The notes beneath the pieces were generated by a model that worked only from the letters and a program-made list of their open reading frames with translations, was not told the DNA's origin and made no database searches. Source: Candidatus Latescibacterota bacterium (GTDB taxonomy: Bacteria > Latescibacterota > UBA2968 > UBA8231). From it: DNA of 64,000 bases. Positions 39,824 through 49,831 of the stretch are shown here, in pieces. Location: positions 5,472,001-5,536,000 of the forward strand of contig OZ242214.1 of assembly GCA_965206595.1 (NCBI GenBank). The letters run 5' to 3'. The number at the start of each line of letters is the position of its first letter. The first letter of the stretch is position 1. A program made the translations under genes and the position numbers.

Positions 39824-41175
39824 GCCGCCTCCGTTGCGTTTTTTGAGCCGAACAACTGCGCTTCGGGTGTGGTGCCTTTTGCGAGGGCGGTCCTCATCCA
39901 CACGTAGTAGATCAGACCGGCGGCGGACATCGAGCACAGCAGACCGCTGAAGATCTCGTTGCCGCCGACGTAGAACCCGGTGACGAAACCGACGATCCAG
40001 GCGGCGAATGCCGCCGGGTTGAGGTTCATGTCGGCGCCGTCAACGCGCTCGTAGAGCAGCCGGCGAGCCGGAAAGGCCCAGTAGTCGAGGATGACGGTGA
40101 TGGCGATCGGGCCGACGACCCAGGAGAGGAACTGCACCCACCACAGCGCGATCTGGTCGAGCCCGAGGTAGCTGCCGATGAAGCCGACGACCCCGACGCC
40201 GACGGTCGCTAGGCGCCGCATGAACTCCTGGCTTCGGACCATCGGAATCGGCGGCGCCGAAAATGCAAGGCCGGAAGCATACGTGCCTCCCTGGACCGTG
40301 GACTGGGCGCCGAACCAGAGCGCCAGCCAAGCGAGAATGCCCAATCCCAGCGAGTTGGCGATCAGGAACAGGTTCCATTCACCTGTATGGGCGGCGCTGA
40401 TGGCGCCCCCCCAGTACTGGATCGTCACCAGGCCGACGTACGCCGTCACGATGCCGATAATTGCGTGCTTTGCGTTTTTCCAGAATCTCGCCAGGTCGGC
40501 GATGATGGTGACGCCGACGAGCCAGCCGCCCGCGGCCATGTCGAATCCGATGAATACCGGCTTGGAGGGGTCGGACCATTTGTTCCACAGGGCGCCGAAC
40601 CCGCCTGCATCGGTCAGCGTGGTCGTCAGCACCAGCAGGAAAATCGCCAGGAACCCCGGCACGGCGAACCAGTCGACGTAGGCGATCCAGCGAATGCGAA
40701 TCGCCGCGGGAATAATGAACAGCGCTCCGATGGCGACGGTCGACCACAGCCACAGGGCGCCGCCGTTCTCGGCGCCGTAATGGGCTACCAACCCGTCCCG
40801 GGTGATGTTGAGGATGAGGGCGAACCAGCCCATGTTGGTCAGTCCCATCAGGACGTTGGGCAGGATCACCCCCTTGCGGCCGAAGGTGTAGCGATACAGA
40901 AGGGCGCTGGAATACCCCGTGCGCGCGGCCGCCGACCCGATGAGGACCCCGACGATGGCATTGCACAGGGTGCCGAAGAAAATGATCGGCATCGCCATCT
41001 TCAGGGGGAACGTCTTGCCCACCATGCCCCCCACCAGGAAACTGGACAGCACCAGGACCCAGCCCCAGAGGACGACGCAGTTGGTCCAGAAACCCAGGCG
41101 ATGAGACAGAGGAACCTTTGATCGAGCGGCGTCGCCCACAGCGACCGCGCTGGATCCGGTTTTGTTCTCGGTCAC
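39820..41175 (-). CDS. Cytosine/purine permease (NCS1, CodB-like)
   Basis: About 12 hydrophobic segments; ARTGYSSALL.RYTFGRKG, GWFA, ADLARF and ILDYW. Confidence 0.88.
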   Translation of the reverse strand: MTENKTGSSAVAVGDAARSKVPLSHRLGFWTNCVVLWGWVLVLSSFLVGGMVGKTFPLKMAMPIIFFGTLCNAIVGVLIGSAAARTGYSSALLYRYTFGRKGVILPNVLMGLTNMGWFALILNITRDGLVAHYGAENGGALWLWSTVAIGALFIIPAAIRIRWIAYVDWFAVPGFLAIFLLVLTTTLTDAGGFGALWNKWSDPSKPVFIGFDMAAGGWLVGVTIIADLARFWKNAKHAIIGIVTAYVGLVTIQYWGGAISAAHTGEWNLFLIANSLGLGILAWLALWFGAQSTVQGGTYASGLAFSAPPIPMVRSQEFMRRLATVGVGVVGFIGSYLGLDQIALWWVQFLSWVVGPIAITVILDYWAFPARRLLYERVDGADMNLNPAAFAAWIVGFVTGFYVGGNEIFSGLLCSMSAAGLIYYVWMRTALAKGTTPEAQLFGSKNATEAA

Positions 41176-41367
41176 TTGATCTTCCCGGTCCGGTGTGAGT
41201 GAGGGAGAAATTCGGTAAGTGGTTTAAAGTGGTTTAAAAAATCGGGTGGTCTCGAGCATCTCCGGGCTTGAGGCCCTCGGTGCCGAACGCGAGATCGGTC
41301 GTCCCCTCGGAGCGGAAGATGTTTCGGCCTCGGCCAGGCTGACCAGTTCCCGCATCGGAAAGTGGCG

Positions 41368-42462
41368 TCAGGCCAGCCGTATCCGCCAGTACCAGCCATC
41401 GACTTGGCAGAACAGGACCTTCGGCTCGACCTCGATGATCGTGGAGTAGCAGGAGCCCATCCCGGCGCCGATCTGCGCCACCCGCCAGGACTCCCCGGTG
41501 CCGTCATCGTCGATCGCCAGGAGCATGAGGCCGTGTCCGGGGTATTTGAAGCGGTCGCCGTCGCCTCGCGCGTGCGACCAGCCCTCCGGGTATCGCCTTC
41601 CGTAGCTGACCGCCAGGCGGCCGTCGCGCAGCTTGAGAAGACAGGGATCGCAGCCGCGCTCGAGGCCCGTGTACAGCGGCACCGTCCAGCTCTCGCCGCC
41701 GTCCTCGCTCCAGCAGGCGTACATCGGCGTGTAGTGGCCTGACCGCATAAGGCAGAACAAGCGGCCATCATCCAGTTGAATCATGGTGGGCTCACCGAAG
41801 CCCTCGCCGATCGGATCGCCCTCCTCGGCTGCGGCTATGGTAGACAGGTAATCCCAGGTGCGCCCCTCGTCCACGGAGATGACGACGATCGATCGGCCCT
41901 GGTAGCGCGACTCGGTGCGGCTCCATTTGTCCGCTGGGGCCAACGTGTCATCCGCCATGGTCCCCTCGACCGTGCACAGCAGGGCGCCGTCCTCCCTGCG
42001 CAGTATGGTCCGGTGGATGTGGAGGCCATACCACTCACCGGGAAAATCCTCTTTCGGGCGGGGACCATTCTCTATGTTGAAGATGACCACCTCCTCGTCA
42101 CCTGCGCTGGCGGGGGTTGCGCCACGCCATGCCCGCACACTGTAGCGCCCCGGTTCCTCGAAAGTCACGAAGGACTCGAGGCCCAGAAACAGCCCGGGCT
42201 CGCAGAAAACGGCTCCTTCCGGCACGGCGAGAACCTCATTGAAGATCCATCTGTCGCGCTTGACGACGGTCCGGCCGCCGTCGGTCGAAACGGTCCCGTT
42301 GTGTAGGTAGATCGTCCCTTCCGTGTCTGCGAAGCAGGTCACCCAGCGATTGAGGCGCTGTCTGTCCTCCATCGATACGTGATCATAGTGCAGTTCACCC
42401 TGGGGATCGTACTGACGGACTTCACCGATCCCGGCGACGATGGAGTTGTCTGTCTGGATCAT
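41368..42462 (-). CDS. Sialidase-like (BNR/Asp-box) beta-propeller protein
   Basis: Asp-boxes STDGGRT, SVDEGRTW, SEDGGESW and DDDGTGESW. Start moved to ATG 42462 after a GGGAGAGG RBS. Confidence 0.82.
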   Translation of the reverse strand: MIQTDNSIVAGIGEVRQYDPQGELHYDHVSMEDRQRLNRWVTCFADTEGTIYLHNGTVSTDGGRTVVKRDRWIFNEVLAVPEGAVFCEPGLFLGLESFVTFEEPGRYSVRAWRGATPASAGDEEVVIFNIENGPRPKEDFPGEWYGLHIHRTILRREDGALLCTVEGTMADDTLAPADKWSRTESRYQGRSIVVISVDEGRTWDYLSTIAAAEEGDPIGEGFGEPTMIQLDDGRLFCLMRSGHYTPMYACWSEDGGESWTVPLYTGLERGCDPCLLKLRDGRLAVSYGRRYPEGWSHARGDGDRFKYPGHGLMLLAIDDDGTGESWRVAQIGAGMGSCYSTIIEVEPKVLFCQVDGWYWRIRLA

Positions 42463-42544
42463 CGATTGCCTCTCCCGGTTGGGATCGAGCTGTGCGCGGA
42501 AATTGAGGTATTCTCGCGGAACGGTGGTTGCCGTTCCCCCACAT

Positions 42545-42693
42545 TCACGGTCAAAGGCCGCCGCTGCCATTGCGGCCAACTCACCTTTCTGCGTTCGAAA
42601 TCATCCAGGGCGCTGAAGGGCAAATTTTACAGATGCACGGCGTACGGGGCGAAGGAGTCTTCGATGACTCCGTCCGTGACGTCGGCGAGCCGG
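42545..42693 (-). pseudogene. 3' remnant of a paralog of the 35233-36492 gene (repeat copy 2 spans 42468-42693)
   Basis: Translates RLADVTDGVIEDSFAPYAVHL*NLPFSALDDFERRKVSWPQWQRR. TAT has become TAA at 42627-42629 and there is a 1-bp indel near the stop. Confidence 0.8.
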
Positions 42694-42785
42694 ATCTCGC
42701 AGAAACTCGAACGTACACAAAAAGCTTGTGCTCCCCGCCGCAAGCAATTGCCTTTTAGGGAGGAAATCGGTCACATTGCGCCAAC

Positions 42786-44351
42786 ATGAGTAGGACGACC
42801 ATGAAGCACAGCAGCCCGACGGTAAACGGACCAGCCGAACCCGGTGTTGAAGGGGGGGACTCGATCGCCCCGCGCGGCGCCCGGCGTATCCACTTCGTCA
42901 GCGACCCGTCCAGCATCGCCGCGAACGTTCTCCCGGACCCGGTGGAGGCGGATGATCTTCGCCGCTGGGTGGATATGCTCGCCGACAGCGGCGTCGACAG
43001 TTTCCAGCAGGACGTCTACAACAAGGGGTGCACGGCCTACTGGCGCTCGGAGGAGTTCCAGTACGACCCGCGCCGGCAGCACCGGCGCTTCCTGCCGATG
43101 CTGGAAGCGGGCATCCAGCCACTGCAGGTGCTCCTCGACCACAGTCACGGCCGCGGCATGACCTTGGTGGCCGGGTTTCGCATGAACGACACCCACGGGG
43201 GGGATCACTTTGCCGAGCGTGCCGACTTCGTCGAATCCCATCCGCAATGGCAACTGAAGGACGATCGCCAAGGTGTGGGCTACCACCAGGGATTTCCTCT
43301 CGATTTTTCCTTCGACGAGGTGCGCGACTTTGTCTTCAGGGTGATGCGGGAAGTCGTAGGCCGCTTCGATGTGGACGGTATCGAGATGACCTTTCGGGAT
43401 CCTTTGTATTTTCCGTTTTCCGAAGGTCGCCAACGCGCCTGCCTGATGACGGCTCTTGTGAGTCGCCTGCGCGACATGCTGGACGCGCAAGGCGAGATCC
43501 GGAACCGGCGGATTCAGCTGGGGGCCAGGGTGTTCTCCACCCTCGAAGAATGCCTGGACATGGGTCTCGATGTGCCGACCTGGATCGCCGAAGGCCTGCT
43601 GGATTACGTCAGCCCGATGGACACGATGTTCTGCGACTTCAATTCCCCGTACGAAGAATTCGGCGCCCTGACCCGGAACAGCAGCTGTATGTTGTATCCG
43701 ACGCTGAACCAGTGGACGAGCCACCGCATGCGGATGAGTGGAGGAGGCATGACCCCGTCCAACTGCAGGGCTCTGGCCCACACCTTCTACGGGGCAGGCG
43801 CCGACGGCTTGACGATCTACGCGCCCGTCGCCGGGTTCATGAGGTCGCCCCCTTTCTTCCCGCAGACGCTGCAGGTGCTTCACGAACTGCGGGACCCGGA
43901 CAGAATCGCCCGCGGTGACAGGCACTACATCTTCGATCCTACCTGGGAGGGGTTGAAGGATTTCGGCCAGGACCGCTGCACGACAGGAGTGGTAAAGGCG
44001 CCGCGGGTCGTCCTCGAGCGCAGCGCCCCGAAATCGTCCGGGGAGTATCCGTTCCGGCTGTACGAGCGCGTGAGCTGCCTGCAACAGGCGACACTGCTGC
44101 TGCGGGGAAACCCGACCGGGCGAGACGAACTGGAGGTGTCCCTCAATGGAGCGCCTCTGGCCCCCGGGCCCCTGGGCCGTCCGAACCCCAGGTTTCTCGA
44201 AATGGTCCCCGACGTCCGCTGGTTCCCCGTGCCGACCGCCGCGCTGGTTTACGGGGAGAATCGGCTCGCCATTTCACTTGCCAAAGCCGACCCTCAAACC
44301 AGAGGAGATCTCGTCATTGACGAACTGGAAATCTGGGTGCAGCCCAAATAG
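42786..44351 (+). CDS. Family 10 glycosylhydrolase-like (GHL10) TIM-barrel protein
   Basis: GMTLVAGFRMNDTH, SHPQW, LDFSFDEVRD, FDVDGIEMTF and GLDVPTWIAEGLLD. Start could be 42786 or 42801. Confidence 0.78.
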   Translation: MSRTTMKHSSPTVNGPAEPGVEGGDSIAPRGARRIHFVSDPSSIAANVLPDPVEADDLRRWVDMLADSGVDSFQQDVYNKGCTAYWRSEEFQYDPRRQHRRFLPMLEAGIQPLQVLLDHSHGRGMTLVAGFRMNDTHGGDHFAERADFVESHPQWQLKDDRQGVGYHQGFPLDFSFDEVRDFVFRVMREVVGRFDVDGIEMTFRDPLYFPFSEGRQRACLMTALVSRLRDMLDAQGEIRNRRIQLGARVFSTLEECLDMGLDVPTWIAEGLLDYVSPMDTMFCDFNSPYEEFGALTRNSSCMLYPTLNQWTSHRMRMSGGGMTPSNCRALAHTFYGAGADGLTIYAPVAGFMRSPPFFPQTLQVLHELRDPDRIARGDRHYIFDPTWEGLKDFGQDRCTTGVVKAPRVVLERSAPKSSGEYPFRLYERVSCLQQATLLLRGNPTGRDELEVSLNGAPLAPGPLGRPNPRFLEMVPDVRWFPVPTAALVYGENRLAISLAKADPQTRGDLVIDELEIWVQPK

Positions 44352-44426
44352 CCTCGTTCGGCGTCAATTCCGTCTCGCCCCTGGCATCCTCCGAACCCCC
44401 CGCAAATCGGTTCGAGGAGCTCACCC

Positions 44427-45851
44427 ATGAAGGTTCTCAGCACCCGCCGTATCACCAACGACCGCCGGCACAACGCCTTTACCGGGGCCTGCTGGTTCAA
44501 GGGAGATCTCTACGTGGGCTATCGCCAGGGCGATATCCACTGGCAGGACGATTCCGGCCGAATCGTCGTGCTGCGCAGCCGCGATGCCGGAATCACCTGG
44601 GACACCGTGGCGGTGTTGCGCGGCGACGACGACACGCGCGACGCCCACCTCTACACGGACGGAAGCAGGTTGTACTGCACCTGTCAGGTGGTGCCCAACG
44701 ACAGGCACCCGGTCCTGTCGGGACATGGAGTCACCGAAGACGGTGATCGCTGGACGCCGTTCGAGCCGTTTGAAGGGACCCGGAACTTCGTGATGTGGCG
44801 GCCGCTATGGCATCGGGGCAAACACTACTGTGCCGGGTACCATCACACGCCTCCCTACGGGGCCCACTGGTTCGAGAGCGAGGACGGCCGCAACTGGGTC
44901 GACGTGCGGACCATCAACGATTCGCAGGAGGATCAAGCGGACGAATGCTACCTGGAAATCCTCCCCGACGGCACGGCCACCATGCTCATGCGGTGCGAGG
45001 GGGGACTGCAGAAACCCAAGCTGTGCCGCAGCCGCTACCCGTTCGAGAAATGGGACATGCAGCAACTGGACGTGCGCCTGACCGGACCGGCATGCTGGAC
45101 CGTCGACGGCCACATCTACATCTCCGGCCGCTGGGACCCGATCGACATCCGCATACACGCAGAAGAGGACCACGCCGCCCACACGGGCGTCTTCAGGGTC
45201 ATCGACGGCGAATGCTTTCTGATATGCGTGCTGCCTTCCGGACCGCACCCCGACAATTCGTACATGGGGGTAGCCCGCTGGCCGCACAACAGGCACCGCT
45301 TCTCCCTCAGCTTTTACAGCAACGCCGTCGCCAACGAGGACCCGGCCCTCGATCAGTGGATAAAACCTGACATCTACGTGGCCGACGTGCTCTTCGGCGC
45401 CGACTTCATCGATGAGATGCTGGTCAGCGATTTCGTGGAGACCGGCCGCGGCCTCGAGGCGGCAGCGCTGCCCGTCCCCGAGGCGGGCGTCCTGAAGTTC
45501 CGCCCGGTGCGCATACCGGAGGAGGGCACTCCCTACACTCCGGGCCAGAATTTTCTCGATGCCTCGAAGGTCATCGGCGGCCGCGGCGGACTCGTCTACT
45601 TCGTCAAGGACATCGAAGTCGGTCCGTGGAACCACGTCGACGTCCACCTCGGCTACGACGGTCCGGTGAGGGTGTGGTGGAACGGAGAGGAGGTTTTCGA
45701 GGGCCCAGGCAGCAGTCCTGCGGTACAGGACGCGACGTCGCTGCGCCTGGAATCCAGGCACGGCACGAATCGCCTGGCCGTCGCCCTCGATACGAGGGGG
45801 GGACGAGCCTGCGGTATCTACGCGAGGTGGGAACGGACCTGGGAGTCGTAA
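44427..45851 (+). CDS. BNR/sialidase-like beta-propeller protein with C-terminal beta-sandwich
   Basis: HNAFT, SRDAGITW, DTRDAHL, SEDGRNW and LPSGPHPDNSY; C-terminal GYDGPVRVWWNG...GTNRL. GAGGAG RBS. Confidence 0.75.
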   Translation: MKVLSTRRITNDRRHNAFTGACWFKGDLYVGYRQGDIHWQDDSGRIVVLRSRDAGITWDTVAVLRGDDDTRDAHLYTDGSRLYCTCQVVPNDRHPVLSGHGVTEDGDRWTPFEPFEGTRNFVMWRPLWHRGKHYCAGYHHTPPYGAHWFESEDGRNWVDVRTINDSQEDQADECYLEILPDGTATMLMRCEGGLQKPKLCRSRYPFEKWDMQQLDVRLTGPACWTVDGHIYISGRWDPIDIRIHAEEDHAAHTGVFRVIDGECFLICVLPSGPHPDNSYMGVARWPHNRHRFSLSFYSNAVANEDPALDQWIKPDIYVADVLFGADFIDEMLVSDFVETGRGLEAAALPVPEAGVLKFRPVRIPEEGTPYTPGQNFLDASKVIGGRGGLVYFVKDIEVGPWNHVDVHLGYDGPVRVWWNGEEVFEGPGSSPAVQDATSLRLESRHGTNRLAVALDTRGGRACGIYARWERTWES

Positions 45852-46010
45852 GGCCGGGGAGTCTTCAGCTCCCCGGTCGACGGCGGCACTGGCCCTGCAT
45901 CGTGAGCTTGACCCTCGACAGCCGAAGCAATAAGGTGCTGTCCACATGGCCACTTGTTGCCGGAAACAGACAGAAGTTCTCTCCCATCCGATAACCCTTC
46001 GGTTATCCCC

Positions 46011-47633
46011 ATGAACGGTGCCGACCTCCTGGCGCAGACGCTGGCGAGCCTGCGCGTCGAGTGGATCTCCACCCTGTGCGGCCACGGCCTCAACGAGGTG
46101 TACGCCTCCTGCGGCCGCGCCGGCATCCGCCTGATCGACACCCGCAACGAGCAGACCGCGGCCTACATGGCGGAGAGCTGGGGCCGCATGAGCAGGGAGG
46201 TGGGGGTGTGCGCGGTCAGCAGCGGCGTCGCCCATGCCAACGCCCTGACGGGGGTCGTCAACGCCCACTTCGACGGCGCCCCGATGTTGCTTCTCACCGG
46301 CGCCGGGCCTTTGGGCAGCGCGGGGATGGGGCATTTCCAGGACTTCGAGCAGGTGGCCCTGGCCGCCCCGGTCTGCAAGTACGCTCGCGTTCTCGACATA
46401 CCCGAACGCATCCCCGAGCTGGTGCGCGAGGCCTTCGAGATCGCCCGCAGCGGACGCCCCGGACCGGTGCACCTCACCTTCCCGATGGACGTCCAGGAGG
46501 CCGAGGTCGAGGCCGCGCCACCGGCGCAGCCGAGCCGCTTCGAGTACCGGCCGCAGGCCTGCGAGGCCGGCGTGGCCAGGGCGGTGAAGATGCTGGCCGC
46601 GGCCGAGCGCCCTCTCCTGGTAGCCGGCAGCGGAGCCTGGTACTCCGGCGCCGGGGAGGTCCTCGCCGACTTCTGCACCACCTTCGCCATTCCGTTCGTC
46701 GTGCCGATCTGGGACCGCGGCTGCGTCGTCGGCAGGCGGGCGGAGTTCCTCGGGGTGATCGGCGCCGCCAGCGGCGGACCGGACCTTCTCGGGGAAGCGG
46801 ACCTCCTGCTGCTGGTAGGGGCGGCCGCCGACTACCGGGTCGGCTTCCTGCAGCCCCCGGCGATATTCAGGGATACGACCGTCATCCGCATCGACATCGA
46901 CCCCGGGCGGCTGCACCATCTGCAGTCGAACGGGCTGACGATCCTCGCCGATCCCGCCGCGACCCTGGAACAGCTCGACCAAGTCTGCACGGAGCGACAG
47001 ATCCGGAGATTCGAGGGCTGGCTCGCCGAGACCCGATCCCGCGTCGATGCCCACCGCAGCGAGATAACCAGGACCGTGGACCGGTCCGGCAGACTGCACT
47101 CCCTCGATGTCGTCGAAGCCCTCGCCGCCGCCGCGGGTGAGGAGGCGGTCCTCGTCGTCGACGGCGGCAACATCGGGCAGTGGTTTCACCAGAGCGCCGG
47201 ACGGGAGCGCTACTCCGGGCTGACGGTGACCTGCGGCGCCAGCGGCGTCGTCGGCTACGGCATCGGGGCGGCCATGGCGGCGCGCGCCGGCTTCCCGCAG
47301 CGTCCGGTGGCGCTGCTGTCCGGGGACGGCGCCGCCACCTTCAACCTGACCGACCTCGAGTGCGCCGCCCGCCAGAAGCTCCCCTTCCTGATGGTGGTAG
47401 CCGACGACGAGAGCTGGGGGATCACCGAGGCCGGCCACTTGCAGGCCTACGGGGAAGCGATGAGCAGTCACCTCGGGCCGGTCGACTTCGCCGCCGCGGC
47501 GCGCGCCTTCGGCGCCCTCGGCACCCGCGTCGAGGACCGCGAGGAGCTGCCGAAGGCCTTGGCTGACGGTCTCGCCGCCGAGGTACCGGCGCTCGTCCAC
47601 GTTCCGGTCGCCGGCGGCATCCCCGGCGGTTGA
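46011..47633 (+). CDS. Thiamine diphosphate-dependent enzyme (acetolactate synthase-like)
   Basis: DTRNEQTAAYMA, FQDFEQ, GRPGPVHL and ThDP motif SGDGA...DESWG. Confidence 0.9.
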   Translation: MNGADLLAQTLASLRVEWISTLCGHGLNEVYASCGRAGIRLIDTRNEQTAAYMAESWGRMSREVGVCAVSSGVAHANALTGVVNAHFDGAPMLLLTGAGPLGSAGMGHFQDFEQVALAAPVCKYARVLDIPERIPELVREAFEIARSGRPGPVHLTFPMDVQEAEVEAAPPAQPSRFEYRPQACEAGVARAVKMLAAAERPLLVAGSGAWYSGAGEVLADFCTTFAIPFVVPIWDRGCVVGRRAEFLGVIGAASGGPDLLGEADLLLLVGAAADYRVGFLQPPAIFRDTTVIRIDIDPGRLHHLQSNGLTILADPAATLEQLDQVCTERQIRRFEGWLAETRSRVDAHRSEITRTVDRSGRLHSLDVVEALAAAAGEEAVLVVDGGNIGQWFHQSAGRERYSGLTVTCGASGVVGYGIGAAMAARAGFPQRPVALLSGDGAATFNLTDLECAARQKLPFLMVVADDESWGITEAGHLQAYGEAMSSHLGPVDFAAAARAFGALGTRVEDREELPKALADGLAAEVPALVHVPVAGGIPGG

Positions 47634-47651
47634 GGGAGGAAAGGCAGCCCC

Positions 47652-48833
47652 GTGAAGATCACCCGCATCGAGACCGCGGTCGTCGACGCCGGCTGGCGGC
47701 CCTGGCTGTTCGTCAAGGTCGAAACCGATACCGGCGTCACCGGCTACGGCGAGTGCAGCGACGGCAAGAACCCCCTGGGTGTGGCCGGGGCCATCGAAGA
47801 CCTGAAACCGCTTCTCCTGGGAGCAGACCCGCGAGCCTACGAGACGCGTTTCCAGGACATGATCCGGGGCTCGCGGCAGAGCCCGGGAGGCCTGGCCGCC
47901 AAGGCGATCGCCGGCATCGAGCTCGCCCTCGTCGACGTCAAGGCGCGCGCCCTCGGCATTGCCGTCACCGAGCTGTTCGGCGGTCCCACTCGTGACCGGG
48001 TGCGCCTCTACTGGTCGCATTGCGGCACTTCGCGGGCGCTGAACCACGAGCTGCTGGGGGCGCCTCCGCTGCGCTCGCTCGACGACATCGCCGCTCTCGG
48101 CAGGGAGGTGGTCGCGAAAGGGTATACCGCCCTCAAGACCAACATCGTATTTCCGGGGGAACCGGCGTCCCTCTACTTCCCCTGCTTCGGACAGGGGGAG
48201 ACCACCGACCAGACGGTGAGCCGCGAGCTGATCGACCACGTCGCCGCCCAGATAGGGGCCTTCAGGGAGGGGACCGGGGCCGCCGCCGAGATAGCCCTCG
48301 ACCTCAACTTCAACTTCAAGCCGGAAGCCAGCGTACGCCTCGCCCGCGCCCTCGAGCCCTTCGACCTGATGTGGCTGGAGATCGACCTCTACGACTGCGA
48401 GGCGATTCGCCATGTCCGCGAGAACACGAGCATCCCGGTCTGCACCGGAGAGAACCTCTACTACATGCGGGACTACCTTCCGTACTTCCGGGCAAAGGCC
48501 GCGGACGTGTACATGATCGACGTCCCCTGGAACGGCTTCTCGCAAGCGAAGAAGATCGGCGATCTCGCCGAAACCTTTCAGCACAACATCGCCCCGCACA
48601 ACTACTACAGTCACCTGGCGACCTTCATCGGCGCCAGCTTGTGCGCGGTGCTGCCGAACGTTCACATCATGGAGATCGACGTCGACGACGTGCCGTGGAA
48701 GGACGACCTGGTGACGAACCTGCCGGAGATCGAGGCGGGAGCGATGATGACGCCGGCCGGAATCGGGTGGGGCACCGAGCTCGACTGGGACGAGGTGCTG
48801 CGGCACCCTTGGACCGGCAAGTCCTTCTGGTAG
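47652..48833 (+). CDS. Mandelate racemase/muconate lactonizing enzyme family protein
   Basis: FVKVETDTGVTGYGE, LYWSHCG, ALKTN, LDLNF, WLEID and APHNY. Confidence 0.92.
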   Translation: MKITRIETAVVDAGWRPWLFVKVETDTGVTGYGECSDGKNPLGVAGAIEDLKPLLLGADPRAYETRFQDMIRGSRQSPGGLAAKAIAGIELALVDVKARALGIAVTELFGGPTRDRVRLYWSHCGTSRALNHELLGAPPLRSLDDIAALGREVVAKGYTALKTNIVFPGEPASLYFPCFGQGETTDQTVSRELIDHVAAQIGAFREGTGAAAEIALDLNFNFKPEASVRLARALEPFDLMWLEIDLYDCEAIRHVRENTSIPVCTGENLYYMRDYLPYFRAKAADVYMIDVPWNGFSQAKKIGDLAETFQHNIAPHNYYSHLATFIGASLCAVLPNVHIMEIDVDDVPWKDDLVTNLPEIEAGAMMTPAGIGWGTELDWDEVLRHPWTGKSFW

Positions 48834-48922
48834 ACCCGGCGCCGCGCAGGGGCTAAGGGCATGCTGGGAAAGCGGATTGAGTGGGAGGCCAGCCCCCGCC
48901 GGTCAGGCCGAACCGCGGAGGC

Positions 48923-49819
48923 TCAGTAGAGAAGCCGGTACAGCCGCTGGGGGTAGTCGTCGACGACCGGGTGGCGGCGGCCAAGAAGGTGAAAGATCGA
49001 CGCCATCGCCTCCTTGACGGCCCCCTGGCCGTAGTTGCCGTTTTTCTGGAGCACCTGAAACCACTCCTGTAAAGCAGTGGCGTAGTCCCCGTCCACCGCG
49101 GCGCAGCAGCCGAGCCGGTAGCGGGCTTCGAGGTCCGAGGCGTCGGCGAGCAGGCGCCCGGCGCAGGCCTGGCGTCCCCCGGCCTCCTCGCACAGGCGGT
49201 GGAAATCCAGCTGCTTGAGCAGGGCCTGGCCCTGGTCGTACTCGCTGGTTCCCTGCTCGATCCTTCCCACCAGCTCGCGCACTTCGTCGAAGCGGTCCTC
49301 CAGCAGGCGCACGCGGGCAAGCCCCACCCAGGCGGCGCCGTTGTCTTCGTCGCCTCGCAGGGCCTGTTCGAACAGGGATGCGGCCCCGGCCAGGTCGCCG
49401 GCGTCGATGCGCGCCCTGCCGGCCTCGACGAGGTCGCCGGCGACTTCTTCTTCGCTCGGCGGGGCTTCGGGAACGTGGCGTTTGAGCACTTCCTCGACCT
49501 GCTGGCGCGGCAGCGCCCCGGTGAACTCGTCCACGAGCTGGCCGTCCTTGACGATCTTGACCGCGGGGATTCCCTGGACGCGAAACGTCATCGCCAGATC
49601 CTGGTTGTCGTCGACGTTGACCTTGGCAAGCGCCACCCCGGGCCCGAGCGCGGTGACCACCTCCTCGAGCATCGGTCCCAGGGTCTTGCAGGGCCCGCAC
49701 CAGGGAGCCCAGAAGTCGACGACGACGACCCGCTCCTGCGAGCCTTGGAGGACGACCTCTTCGAAGTTGCCGGAATCTACATCGATAACCCGGGATGTCA
49801 TTTCCATTGCGCTCGCCAT
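48923..49819 (-). CDS. Thioredoxin-TPR co-chaperone (YbbN/CnoX-like)
   Basis: DFWAPWCGPC thioredoxin domain followed by TPR helices. Confidence 0.92.
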   Translation of the reverse strand: MASAMEMTSRVIDVDSGNFEEVVLQGSQERVVVVDFWAPWCGPCKTLGPMLEEVVTALGPGVALAKVNVDDNQDLAMTFRVQGIPAVKIVKDGQLVDEFTGALPRQQVEEVLKRHVPEAPPSEEEVAGDLVEAGRARIDAGDLAGAASLFEQALRGDEDNGAAWVGLARVRLLEDRFDEVRELVGRIEQGTSEYDQGQALLKQLDFHRLCEEAGGRQACAGRLLADASDLEARYRLGCCAAVDGDYATALQEWFQVLQKNGNYGQGAVKEAMASIFHLLGRRHPVVDDYPQRLYRLLY

Positions 49820-49831
49820 CCTTCGTCTTGG

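Noticed and set aside
44805-48806. 1333-aa minus-strand ORF and many other long antisense or alternate-frame ORFs
   Set aside because: They lie over well-supported genes, have no motifs, and are expected in high-GC DNA with few stop codons.
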